Shown: positions 7,052 to 15,888, counted from the first letter of the stretch. The stretch is 62,220 nt of DNA from Candidatus Blackburnbacteria bacterium RIFCSPLOWO2_01_FULL_40_20 (GCA_001816475.1 MHCC01000013.1:1-62220), one strand, 5' to 3'. The notes: generated by a model from the sequence alone, not told the origin. Numbers and translations: made by a program.

Positions 7052-8192
7052 GCACAGGCATCGACCCTGCTAGAATTGCCACCCATCCTAACACCCAAGG
7101 GTAAAACAAGGAATTATCAAAAATAGAGTGTACGAGAAGAGCGCTTAGTGTTACTACCAACGCCGCCCCTAAACTACTTTTAAGATTTGATAACCCATTC
7201 AATAAAATATTAATAATAGTTGATAAATAAATTAATAAACCTACGACACCAGTTGTTGCCAAAACAAAAACTAAACTTGATGCGGCTCCGGCTCCCGAGT
7301 GAGATTTAAAATCAACACTATCTTTGTTATATCGCAACAAATCATAACCTACTCCGAACAAAGGTTTACTAGAAACCATACGTAAGGTTTCATTAAAATT
7401 TTCCGCGCGTGTAATTACTGTCGATGTTCTTTTAAGTCTTACTCCTTCTCCACCAGGCCTCGGCAACAAAAACACCGATATTAGAAAAATTACTAATATG
7501 GTCGCCGTAAACTTGGCATTACGTCGTACAATGTATATCAACGCTGTTGCAACTAAAAATGACAGGTAGCTTGCGCGCGAAAAAGTAAGTGCAAGCGCGA
7601 CAATCCCAGGAAGTAAAAGCCCGTAACCTTTAAATCCGATTTCCCTGTCTAAAATTTTCAATGACAATAATATTAATAACAACACTATTAGTATTCCAGC
7701 GAATCCTGTATCAAAAAATGTACTTGCGAGCCTAAAATAATGCACATCCCAACCCAGTTCCGCTAGGTTTTTAAAATCAGGATAAAAGATATATTGAATA
7801 AAACCAAATAATACAACTAAAACTCCCGCCGAAATCAAAAATATTGGTATGTGTTTTTTCCAAAACACACTGCGTCGTACAATGTCATGTATCGCGAAAA
7901 AGAGTAACGTATAGATTGATAGACGAACGAGATAAAATCCGCCCGTAATGAAGTTCTCAATAGAAACAGTCCCAAAATTTAGAAAAAGGGTAAACAAAGC
8001 GATTACAACAAAAGGAACAAAATAACTGTTTCTAACTTTTGTATATCCCCTATTTGCAAATATCCAAACAAGTACTAATACCCCAGCAGTTAAGTCTACC
8101 GGTTGCAGAACAACACTCGGCACGACTTCTATTCTTATCAGTTGCCCCAGGGGGAAAATAAGAAAATATAAAGAAAGTAAAACAGAAAGCAT
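7035..8192 (-). CDS. O-antigen ligase/polymerase-like (Wzy_C family) polytopic membrane protein
   Basis: 385 aa, about 10 TM segments, LTFSRASYLSFLVATAL Wzy_C-type motif. Confidence 0.7.
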   Translation of the reverse strand: MLSVLLSLYFLIFPLGQLIRIEVVPSVVLQPVDLTAGVLVLVWIFANRGYTKVRNSYFVPFVVIALFTLFLNFGTVSIENFITGGFYLVRLSIYTLLFFAIHDIVRRSVFWKKHIPIFLISAGVLVVLFGFIQYIFYPDFKNLAELGWDVHYFRLASTFFDTGFAGILIVLLLILLSLKILDREIGFKGYGLLLPGIVALALTFSRASYLSFLVATALIYIVRRNAKFTATILVIFLISVFLLPRPGGEGVRLKRTSTVITRAENFNETLRMVSSKPLFGVGYDLLRYNKDSVDFKSHSGAGAASSLVFVLATTGVVGLLIYLSTIINILLNGLSNLKSSLGAALVVTLSALLVHSIFDNSLFYPWVLGWVAILAGSMPVPKESR

Positions 8193-8194
8193 TG

Positions 8195-8986
8195 TTAAAA
8201 GGCACTACAAGTATCATGAGTTAGTGGTACTTGTCTTAATCCCCGTGATACTTTTCTTTCCAGCAACCACAACTTACTCCAAGCCAGAAACGAATGGAAA
8301 CTCATCAAAATCGAGACTAGAAAGCCTTCTGTCCCATCTCTGAAACCGCCTCTTATAATCCAATTTTGGAAAAACTTGGCTTTAGGCATTACGAGTATCT
8401 TTACAAGGCTTGACCTCTCCCCTTTATCAAACTTTGATTTTGCGTGCCAGGTTGAATAATAATCAATCTCTTTAATAAACTCACCTAAGATTTGGTGGGG
8501 ATAGTGTTCTATAAATCCATCAAACTCTCCAACTTTCCCTCGAATTTTCCACTCTTCGTGGACTATTCCTATCCACTTTCCTGCATCTCGTCGAGCCAGA
8601 CGAACAAACTTCAAGCTTGCAGTCTCTCCAAACTTTAGCTCTTTACCCCACATAAAATCTTTCCTCTTGATGCAAAATCCTTCAAAGGGAGAAGCTAATA
8701 TTTTTGAAGATATCTCATCTTTTAGTGAACTCTCTACAACCTCATCGGCATCCACAAACAGCACCCAGTCCCCTTTTGCTCTTGACAACCCAAAATTTCG
8801 TTGGGACGAAAAATCATTTTCCAAAATCCGCTGGTAGATTGTTGCATTAAATTTTTTGGCAATTTCAAGAGTTCTATCAGAAGAAAAATCATCAATAACT
8901 ATTGTTTCATCACACCACTTAAGGCTCTTTAAGCACCTTTCAATGTTTTTTTCTTCATTTTTGGCCAAAACTATTGCTGTAATCAT
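8195..8986 (-). CDS. family 2 glycosyltransferase
   Basis: ATG at 8986 (MITAIVLAKNEEKNIERCL...). The longer track ORF to 9163 runs through tRNA-Val. IVIDDFSSDRT and VDADE are GT2 motifs. Confidence 0.8.
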   Translation of the reverse strand: MITAIVLAKNEEKNIERCLKSLKWCDETIVIDDFSSDRTLEIAKKFNATIYQRILENDFSSQRNFGLSRAKGDWVLFVDADEVVESSLKDEISSKILASPFEGFCIKRKDFMWGKELKFGETASLKFVRLARRDAGKWIGIVHEEWKIRGKVGEFDGFIEHYPHQILGEFIKEIDYYSTWHAKSKFDKGERSSLVKILVMPKAKFFQNWIIRGGFRDGTEGFLVSILMSFHSFLAWSKLWLLERKVSRGLRQVPLTHDTCSAF

Positions 8987-9055
8987 AATTAGCAAGAACA
9001 AAGAACCATTATACCTTGATTCTACCACCCCAAGGCTGGTAAAATATAGGTACAG

Positions 9056-9128
9056 GGGCTCATGGCTCAGTCGGTAGAGCATTGCATTCACATTGCAAAG
9101 GTCCCAGGTTCGAGTCCTGGTGGGCCCA
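9056..9128 (+). tRNA. tRNA-Val (anticodon CAC)
   Basis: Acceptor GGGCTCA/TGGGCCC (one G-U), anticodon stem TTGCA/TGCAA with loop TTCACAT, T-arm CCAGG-TTCGAGT-CCTGG. Confidence 0.9.
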
Positions 9129-9153
9129 CATTTTACTCTGCATCTTCCCCCCA

Positions 9154-9182
9154 TTGACAACATTTTTTAAATTCTTTACATT
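9154..9182 (+). promoter_or_regulatory. sigma70-like promoter TTGACA-N17-TACATT
   Basis: -35 at 9154-9159 and -10 at 9177-9182. The downstream SD GGTGGTGA precedes the ATG at 9210. Confidence 0.5.
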
Positions 9183-9209
9183 GGATATATAAGGTGGTGA
9201 TTTTAAAAT

Positions 9210-9425
9210 ATGGCAAACGGTAAAAAGGGAGTATCAACCGGTGTAGCAGCAGCTGCAGGTGCGCTGTTCGGAGCTGCAACTTCTGCTGCTGCAATCTTTC
9301 TATCAGACAAGAAAAATAGGCAAAAGGTAGAAAGAAAAATTGAAGGAATTGCTGCCGAAGGTAAAAAGGCAGTCAAAAAGACTAAAAAGGTCGTTCGTGC
9401 AATAGAGGGCAAATCTCACAAGTAA
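9210..9425 (+). CDS. small YtxH-like protein (Ala/Gly-rich N-terminal helix, Lys-rich tail)
   Basis: GVSTGVAAAAGALFGAATSAAAIFLSDKKNRQKV resembles the YtxH family. Good SD and a downstream terminator. Confidence 0.5.
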   Translation: MANGKKGVSTGVAAAAGALFGAATSAAAIFLSDKKNRQKVERKIEGIAAEGKKAVKKTKKVVRAIEGKSHK

Positions 9426-9449
9426 AGATAATTGCTTCGAATTCGAACA

Positions 9450-9500
9450 GCCCCTTCCTCAATCAGGAAAAATTAGTGTTGTGATAGGAAGGGGATTTTT
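9450..9500 (+). terminator. intrinsic terminator
   Basis: CCCCTTCCT (9450-9458) pairs with AGGAAGGGG (9485-9493), followed by ATTTTTT. The loop is long. Confidence 0.6.
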
Positions 9501-9527
9501 TGCTAAAGTTGGTGTGCAATTTAAACC

Positions 9528-10091
9528 ATGTTTTTTAAAGGACTGACCAGTTCAATTATTGATATGCTGCAAACTATTGTTCTTGCAGTAAGTATTTTTA
9601 TGGTTAGTTATCTTTTTTTGGTACAGCCCCATCAAGTAAAAGGGCCTTCAATGTTACCAAACTTCAATGACGGCGAATACCTGCTCACAGAAAAAGTTTC
9701 TTATAGATTAGGAGAGCCAAAAAGAGGAGATGTAATAATATTTGAGGCACCTCAAAACAAAAGAGACGACTATATCAAAAGAATAATTGGGCTACCGGGA
9801 GAAACTGTAAGTGTGTCTAGCGGAAAAGTGTATGTAAATGGAAAGTTACTGCAAGAAAGCTATTTACCTGCCGATTTTAAGACACAACCAGGTGCTTTCT
9901 TAACTGAAAATCTTCAATATAAGATCCCCGATGGACAATACTTCGTACTGGGGGACAATAGGAGTCACTCCTTAGACTCGCGAGCACTTGGCCCTATCAA
10001 GAAGAAAACAATTGTTGGGAGAGCATGGCTTGTATACTGGCCAATGAATTTGACAGGATTTGTACCAAAAGTAGTTTACGCAGGAATGTGA
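9528..10091 (+). CDS. lepB: signal peptidase I
   Basis: GPSMLPN (catalytic Ser), YIKRIIGLPGE (Lys box), GDNRSHSLDSR. Confidence 0.9.
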   Translation: MFFKGLTSSIIDMLQTIVLAVSIFMVSYLFLVQPHQVKGPSMLPNFNDGEYLLTEKVSYRLGEPKRGDVIIFEAPQNKRDDYIKRIIGLPGETVSVSSGKVYVNGKLLQESYLPADFKTQPGAFLTENLQYKIPDGQYFVLGDNRSHSLDSRALGPIKKKTIVGRAWLVYWPMNLTGFVPKVVYAGM

Positions 10092-10943
10092 TCAGGCTGA
10101 GGAAAGAATTCCTTCTTTGATTTTTTGAAGTCTCTCTTCAGTATCTGTCAATCCCCCTTTGAGCACAATTAACAATCTTGTTTCTCTTTGGGAACGAATA
10201 ACTTTAACGTTAACTTTTTTGGGAGAGTTTTCTATGGTTAAAGCCTTTTTAATATCTTCCTCAAGCTTGTCAATTTCTGCACTAACCACAATAGGATGAT
10301 CTGGTGGAACTTGCGCTTTCTCAGGCTGTCCGGACTCCAGTTTCATTCTCCTTGCCAAATCTTCAGCCCTTCTAACCGATCCGGATTCCTTAAGAACAAT
10401 TTTGTACGCCCTAATCATCAATTCCTGATCGTCAATTGCTGAAAGTGCTCTTGCGTGGCCCTCCGTTATGAGTCCTGACAACAATCCATCTTTTAAGGCA
10501 TCCGGAAGTTTGAGTAAACGCAAGGTATTCGAAACATAAGAAGTGCTTTTGCCAACACGTTGTGCAATGTCTGCATTAGCAAGCCCGAACTCCTCAATTA
10601 ATCTTTCAAAGCCCTTTGACCTATCCAGTGCGTTTAAATCTACTCTTTGAACATTTTCAACAAGCGCCAACTCTAACATTCCGCGAGGAGTAGTTTCTTT
10701 AATAACAGCAGGCACGCTAGTTAGTCCTGCATGTTTTGCTGCCCTCCAGCGCCTTTCACCGGCAATTATTTGGTATCCTGCAGGGGTTTTTGCCACAACG
10801 AGAGGTTCAAGTATTCCGTGCTCTCTTACTGAATCTATTAGATCAACTAAACTTTCTGGAGTAATTACGCCACGCGGCTGAAGCGGATTTGCTTGAAGTT
10901 CTTCGATTGGAATTTGAACTGCATTCGCAATTTGGTCAATCAT
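10092..10943 (-). CDS. parB: ParB/Spo0J-family partition protein
   Basis: LQPRG..., GILEPLVV, IIAGERRWRAAK ParB box, HTH (IAQRVGKSTSYVSNTLRLL). Confidence 0.9.
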   Translation of the reverse strand: MIDQIANAVQIPIEELQANPLQPRGVITPESLVDLIDSVREHGILEPLVVAKTPAGYQIIAGERRWRAAKHAGLTSVPAVIKETTPRGMLELALVENVQRVDLNALDRSKGFERLIEEFGLANADIAQRVGKSTSYVSNTLRLLKLPDALKDGLLSGLITEGHARALSAIDDQELMIRAYKIVLKESGSVRRAEDLARRMKLESGQPEKAQVPPDHPIVVSAEIDKLEEDIKKALTIENSPKKVNVKVIRSQRETRLLIVLKGGLTDTEERLQKIKEGILSSA

Positions 10944-10956
10944 CTTGCTTTAAAAA

Positions 10957-11208
10957 TCAAATTGTTTTCACACCTACAATTTGCTTACCATATTTCGTCT
11001 TGAACTCAACAACGCCCTGTTTAACGGCATATAAAGCGTGATCTCTCCCCACCTTGACGTTATCACCTGCTGCAAATTTTGTCCCGCGCTGCCTTACCAA
11101 AATGTTGCCAGAACCCACCTTTTCCCCGCCAGAAACTTTCACTCCCAACCTTTTTCCTGGGCGTTGTGCATGTTGTCTAACTTTTCCTGCTGCTTTTTTC
11201 TTGGACAT
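10957..11208 (-). CDS. rpmA: 50S ribosomal protein L27
   Basis: KRLGVKVSGGEKVGSGNILVRQRGTKFAAGDNVKVGRDHALYA. Confidence 0.95.
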   Translation of the reverse strand: MSKKKAAGKVRQHAQRPGKRLGVKVSGGEKVGSGNILVRQRGTKFAAGDNVKVGRDHALYAVKQGVVEFKTKYGKQIVGVKTI

Positions 11209-11338
11209 CCTCCGATTTCACTCAGGACAAGTATTTTTATACCCGCCCGTATCTTATTAAAAGTCTATATCACATTTTCACGGAAGTCAATAGGACAGTA
11301 ATTTATATTTGTATATTGTATGACGGGGATTGAACCAT

Positions 11339-11656
11339 TTACTTGGAAGATATTTTTTCAATTACAACCTTTGTGTAGGAATGCCTATATCCGATCTTCT
11401 TTCTGTAACGAGACTTTGCCTTATAACGAACCACGTCTATTTTTTCCCCCTTTTCATCACTCAATATTTTTCCGACTACCCTACATCCCTTAACTGTTGG
11501 TTGCCCTATTCCAACATTCCCATCTTCAACAACAAGTAGAACTTGGTCAAACTCAATATCTTTGCCAGGTTCAGTAGACATCCTGTCCAAAAGAAGTTCA
11601 TCTCCTTCAGACACTTTGTATTGTTTTCCTCCGTTTGATATAACTGCGTATTTCAT
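11339..11656 (-). CDS. rplU: 50S ribosomal protein L21
   Basis: MKYAVISNGGKQYKVSEGDELLLDRM... is a typical L21 N-terminus. Confidence 0.95.
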   Translation of the reverse strand: MKYAVISNGGKQYKVSEGDELLLDRMSTEPGKDIEFDQVLLVVEDGNVGIGQPTVKGCRVVGKILSDEKGEKIDVVRYKAKSRYRKKIGYRHSYTKVVIEKISSK

Positions 11657-11662
11657 ACTACA

Positions 11663-12727
11663 CTATAGTATACCCGAATTCCTTCCGCCTTTCAAGGAGT
11701 GTATCGCTAAGGTTGCCATACCAATCATTGCCGACATTGAAATTAGCGATGATCCTCCTGACGAAACAAACGGCAGAGGTATTCCAGTTACCGGCATAAT
11801 ACCTAAATTCATGCCTATATTTATTGCCGCTTGAGAAAAAATACTTAAGAAAATACCTCCTAACAAAGCTTTTGTAAAAACATCAGTAGAATCTCGAACT
11901 GAAAGCACAATTTTTGAAAGCATGATTGCAAATGCCAGTAGCAACAAGCCACTTCCAACGAAGCCCAATTCCTCGCTTAGGGCTGCAAAAATAAAGTCCG
12001 TGTGGCGCTCTGGTAAAAATAAAAGTTGAGATTGCGTTCCCTGGCCCAAACCCCTACCCAAAAACTGGCCGCTTCCTATTGCTATCATGGATTGTATCGA
12101 GTTATAGCCACTCCCTAGGGGGTCTGAGGCGGGTTTCAGGTAGGAAAGTAGTCTGTCTTGTTGATAACCTGCTAGAATCTGCCAAATCAGAGGAGTGGTT
12201 AACATAAAAATTATTGCTGCACCCAGCAAATACCGAATAGGTATGCCAGCCAACAAAATCACCCCAATAAAACCTGTAAATACAACAAGTGAGCTCCCCA
12301 AATCTGGCTGCAATAAAACCAACGCAATGGCGGGAATTAAAGCTAAAACAGAATATAAGTATTTTTTATCTCCCTTTGGCCACGAGACCACTGAAGCAAA
12401 AAATAATATTGATAAAGGTTTTACAACTTCTGAAGGCTGAATAGTAAAAAAGCCTAGATTTATCCAACGAACAGCCCCGTGGCTAACAAATCCAAAAACG
12501 AATGTTATGACAAGTAAAATAATCGAAAGTAAATAAAAAATTCCAGACAAGGACCTCAAAACCCTTAAATCAATTTGCGAGAATAACAAATAGGTTAACA
12601 ACGCCAATCCCAAATTAAAAAATTGCTGGGGAAAAGATTTTGGAGAAACACTCGACAATATTACAGTGCCCAAAATTGTCAATAACAGAGCTGGTAAAAA
12701 AAGGAACCAATTTACACGTAGATTCAA
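11663..12727 (-). CDS. rodA: SEDS-family peptidoglycan glycosyltransferase (RodA/FtsW-like)
   Basis: QPSEVVKP, LQPDLGSS, LPERHTDFIF, GIPLPFVSSGGSSL are SEDS signatures. It lies outside the dcw cluster, hence the RodA-like call. Confidence 0.8.
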   Translation of the reverse strand: MNLRVNWFLFLPALLLTILGTVILSSVSPKSFPQQFFNLGLALLTYLLFSQIDLRVLRSLSGIFYLLSIILLVITFVFGFVSHGAVRWINLGFFTIQPSEVVKPLSILFFASVVSWPKGDKKYLYSVLALIPAIALVLLQPDLGSSLVVFTGFIGVILLAGIPIRYLLGAAIIFMLTTPLIWQILAGYQQDRLLSYLKPASDPLGSGYNSIQSMIAIGSGQFLGRGLGQGTQSQLLFLPERHTDFIFAALSEELGFVGSGLLLLAFAIMLSKIVLSVRDSTDVFTKALLGGIFLSIFSQAAINIGMNLGIMPVTGIPLPFVSSGGSSLISMSAMIGMATLAIHSLKGGRNSGIL

Positions 12728-12728
12728 G

Positions 12729-15584
12729 TTACTCTCCTTGCAGAACTTCGAACGCGTCGCCTTGGCGAATACTGCTTATATTTGCTCTTTGTTTTAACCA
12801 CTTCATCAATTCTGGATTTTGAGGAATCCAAGTCGCAACCACAGAAACTTCTACCTCTCTTGCTGTTTTTAACTTCTTTCTTTCTTCTTGAATTTGTCGC
12901 GCCAATTCACGCGCTTTACCTTCCTCTTCAAGCTCTGGAGTAATTAAAGTATCAAGGTTTAAGGCAACTTCATCAACATTTTCGTCTTTTTTCCAATCAA
13001 CAGATTTTACATTCAGTTCCTCTTTTATTAATTGAAGTATCTCATCCGGCAATTTTTCTAAATTGCATTTCACCTTCACGCCACTTAAGGGTTGGCGTAC
13101 TGGAATCCTGGCATCTTTTCTCGCTGCATGGCCTTTTTCTACGATTTTTCGTGATAATTCCATCTTTAACTCTAGCTCAGCGTTATATTCGTCTTTTTCA
13201 AATTCTGGCCAACCAGATAAATGAACGGACTCTTTGCCTGTTAAATTCCGGTATATTTCCTCAGTTATAAATGGAGCAAACGGCGCAAGCAACCTAGTCA
13301 ACTTAACCAAAATGTTCCAAAGTGTAGAATATGCTGCTTCTTTGTCTTCTCCGTTTGAAGCACTTGGGCCTATTCTGTCCCGACTCCTTCTCACGTACCA
13401 CAACGAAAGATCTTGAACTAAAATCAAAACAAGGCGAGATGCCTCTGTAGGATCATATTCATCCAAGGATTTTGTTATGTTCCCAAGTCCACCACTGAAA
13501 CGGGAGTTAATCCATTTATCAAGAACGCTTGTCGATTTCACTAGTTTGTTGGGCGACCAGTTGTCCGCTATTGCATTAATCACAAAGAAGTTGTAAACGT
13601 TCCAAAGAATCCTAAAAAACTGTCTTGAAATATCTTCTATATCTTTTTCTTGAAATTTATAAGGTAAGCCAATTTTTACAGATGAATAAAAATAAAACCT
13701 AACACTGTCTGCACCATACTTATGCATTACCTCCATTGGGTTCACAACGTTGCCCACAGACTTACTCATCTTGTGACCGTTTTTGTCCAAAACCAAATTG
13801 TGGGAAATAACGTTTTTGTACGAACATTGACCTTTGTAGAGTGTACTCAAAGCAAGTAAAGTGTAGAACCAACCTCTTGTTTGATCTTGACCTTCTGCAA
13901 TAAAATCTGCAGGAAACTGTTTTTTATCGTCTATCTTCTCCTGGTTCTCAAACGGGTAGTGCCATTGAGAAAAGGGCATGGATCCTGAGTCAAACCACAC
14001 ATCAATAAGGTCTGTTACGCGAGCCATTTCTTCACTACAATCTGGGCATTTAAAAGTTATATCGTCAACATGGGGCCTGTGCGGATCAAAATTCGCGCCA
14101 AGAACCTCCTTATTCCCACTAAGTTCTGATAATTCTTGGAACGAACCAAGGACTTTAACGTGATTATTTTTACACTGCCAAGCGGGAAGCGGCGTTCCCC
14201 AATAACGAAACCTTGAAAGTGACCAATCAACCATCCCTTCGAGCCATTTTCCCATTCGGCCGTTTTTTATGTGTTTCGGAACCCAGTTTATTTTGTTATT
14301 TTCTTCTAATATTTTTTCTTTTTCTTTTGTAGTTCTTATAAACCAAGAGCTAATCGCGTAATACAAAAGAGGAGTTTTGCAACGCCAGCAAAATGGATAT
14401 GAATGAGTTATTGTTTCGCTCTTATAAAGCAAGTTGCGGGATTCCAGCTCTTCCATCACTTTGGGATCTGTTTTTTTAACAAATTCCCCTTTCCAGAACT
14501 CTACCTCATCTGTGAACATACCCTCCTCATTTACCAAATGGTGCATCGGTAACCCAAATTTTTTACCCAGTTCAAAATCGTCCGCTCCGTACATTACTGC
14601 AGTGTGAACAATGCCAGTTCCGTCGGTTAAAGAAACAAAGTCAGCGGGATATATTTGATAGGCTTTTTCTCCAAAATCGTGAAACTTGTACAAAGGTTCA
14701 TATTTTTTACCAACCAATTCCTCACCCCTTACTTCCCTTATCACTCTTACATCCCCAACAACCTCCAACCTCTCTTTTGCTAAAATAAATACCTCATTGT
14801 TTACTTTAGCCTTAACATAAGTTGCCCCAGGATTAACTGCCAAAGCCACATTTGCAGGTAGCGTCCAAGGGGTTGTTGTCCAAACTAAGAAAAAAGCGTC
14901 CTCGTCAAGAAGCTTAAACTTTATGTAAATTGAAGGGTCTTCTGCGTCTGCATATCCCAAAGACAGCTCATGAGACGAAAGTGGAGTTCCGCATCTTGGG
15001 CAATAGGGAACAACTTTGTAGTCTTTTTCTAAAAGTCCTTTATCAAAAAAGTCTTTTAATATTGCCCAGCAACTTTCAACATACTTCTTTGACAGCGTTA
15101 CGTAAGCATCATCTATGTCTATCCAAAAGCCCATCCTGTCGGTTAACACTTTCCAATCTTCGACGTATTTAAAAACCGACTCGCGACAAAGTTGATTAAA
15201 TTTGGAAATCGATGCCTTTTTATCTCCTGGGACAATGTTTTCTATCCCCTTTTTCCCGGAAATCCCCAGTGCTTTTTCAACTTCTATCTCAACCGGTAAA
15301 CCATGAGTATCCCATCCACCTCGACGCAAACAATACTCCCCTTTCATAGTGTGATACCTAGGAAATAAATCTTTAAACGATCTTGCAAGGACATGGTGAA
15401 TTCCCGGTTTCCCATTTGCCGTTGGTGGACCTTCGTAAAAAACATAGTTTTTACCATTTTTGGTCATATCACACGACTTTTCAAATATTTTGTTCTCGCG
15501 CCAGTACTTAAGGATTTCTTCCTCAAGCTTTGGGAATTCAATTCTCGGGTCAACTAGTTTGAACTTTTTGGTTTTTTCTGACAT
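12729..15584 (-). CDS. ileS: isoleucine--tRNA ligase
   Basis: PTANGKPGIHHVLARS (HIGH region), WTTTPWTLPAN, HKMSKSVGN (KMSKS); 951 aa. Confidence 0.95.
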   Translation of the reverse strand: MSEKTKKFKLVDPRIEFPKLEEEILKYWRENKIFEKSCDMTKNGKNYVFYEGPPTANGKPGIHHVLARSFKDLFPRYHTMKGEYCLRRGGWDTHGLPVEIEVEKALGISGKKGIENIVPGDKKASISKFNQLCRESVFKYVEDWKVLTDRMGFWIDIDDAYVTLSKKYVESCWAILKDFFDKGLLEKDYKVVPYCPRCGTPLSSHELSLGYADAEDPSIYIKFKLLDEDAFFLVWTTTPWTLPANVALAVNPGATYVKAKVNNEVFILAKERLEVVGDVRVIREVRGEELVGKKYEPLYKFHDFGEKAYQIYPADFVSLTDGTGIVHTAVMYGADDFELGKKFGLPMHHLVNEEGMFTDEVEFWKGEFVKKTDPKVMEELESRNLLYKSETITHSYPFCWRCKTPLLYYAISSWFIRTTKEKEKILEENNKINWVPKHIKNGRMGKWLEGMVDWSLSRFRYWGTPLPAWQCKNNHVKVLGSFQELSELSGNKEVLGANFDPHRPHVDDITFKCPDCSEEMARVTDLIDVWFDSGSMPFSQWHYPFENQEKIDDKKQFPADFIAEGQDQTRGWFYTLLALSTLYKGQCSYKNVISHNLVLDKNGHKMSKSVGNVVNPMEVMHKYGADSVRFYFYSSVKIGLPYKFQEKDIEDISRQFFRILWNVYNFFVINAIADNWSPNKLVKSTSVLDKWINSRFSGGLGNITKSLDEYDPTEASRLVLILVQDLSLWYVRRSRDRIGPSASNGEDKEAAYSTLWNILVKLTRLLAPFAPFITEEIYRNLTGKESVHLSGWPEFEKDEYNAELELKMELSRKIVEKGHAARKDARIPVRQPLSGVKVKCNLEKLPDEILQLIKEELNVKSVDWKKDENVDEVALNLDTLITPELEEEGKARELARQIQEERKKLKTAREVEVSVVATWIPQNPELMKWLKQRANISSIRQGDAFEVLQGE

Positions 15585-15599
15585 ATTACCAATTCTAAC

Positions 15600-15625
15600 A
15601 AAAAACCAGCTTTTAAGCTGGTTTT
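15600..15625 (-). terminator. intrinsic terminator 15 nt upstream of the ileS AUG (attenuator terminator)
   Basis: Minus-strand RNA AAAACCAGC-UUAAAA-GCUGGUUUUUU. The core is 5 G/C-rich bp, extendable by up to 4 A-U pairs, followed by a U6 run. Confidence 0.65.
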
Positions 15626-15651
15626 GTGAATTTGACTACAAGAAACCAGCA

Positions 15652-15717
15652 TCAAGCTTTGTAGGCAATGATGATTCTGATTTCGTTAATAGCCACAATT
15701 TTCAACATTGATGTCAT
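15652..15717 (-). CDS. candidate ileS leader peptide, 21 aa, MTSMLKIVAINEIRIIIAYKA
   Basis: Own translation of the minus strand. There are 6 Ile codons, including AUC-AGA-AUC-AUC-AUU. The UGA stop lies 1 nt before the antiterminator arm GCUGGUUU. No clear SD. Confidence 0.5.
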   Translation of the reverse strand: MTSMLKIVAINEIRIIIAYKA

Positions 15718-15888
15718 TTTATTCTACACTGCTTTCAAATGTCAATTTTTTAGACATAATAACCTAGTATTTCTCGCCAAAATTTGATTTCTAGTTCAAC
15801 TTCCGAATATTCGAGTCTTTCACGTTGTTCTGAAATATGATCCTCTTGTTCTTTTGCCATTTCTTTGACTATTTATCTACCATGTCTC

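Noticed and set aside
8987-9163. N-terminal extension of track ORF 8195..9163
   Set aside because: The extension is antisense to a well-folding tRNA-Val (9056-9128). The GT2 domain starts at the ATG at 8986 (MITAIVLAKNEE...).
11318-11345. GGTTCAATCCCC (minus strand), resembling a tRNA T-arm
   Set aside because: No complementary T-stem, acceptor arm or anticodon arm can be built. The sequence is just the region after the rplU stop.
15750-15860. 36-codon minus-strand ORF MAKEQEDHISEQRERLEYSEVELEIKFWREILGYYV between ftsZ and the ileS leader
   Set aside because: It is charged and coiled-coil-like, and could be a small division-associated protein. But it has no convincing SD or promoter, and I cannot test conservation. 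Too weak to call.
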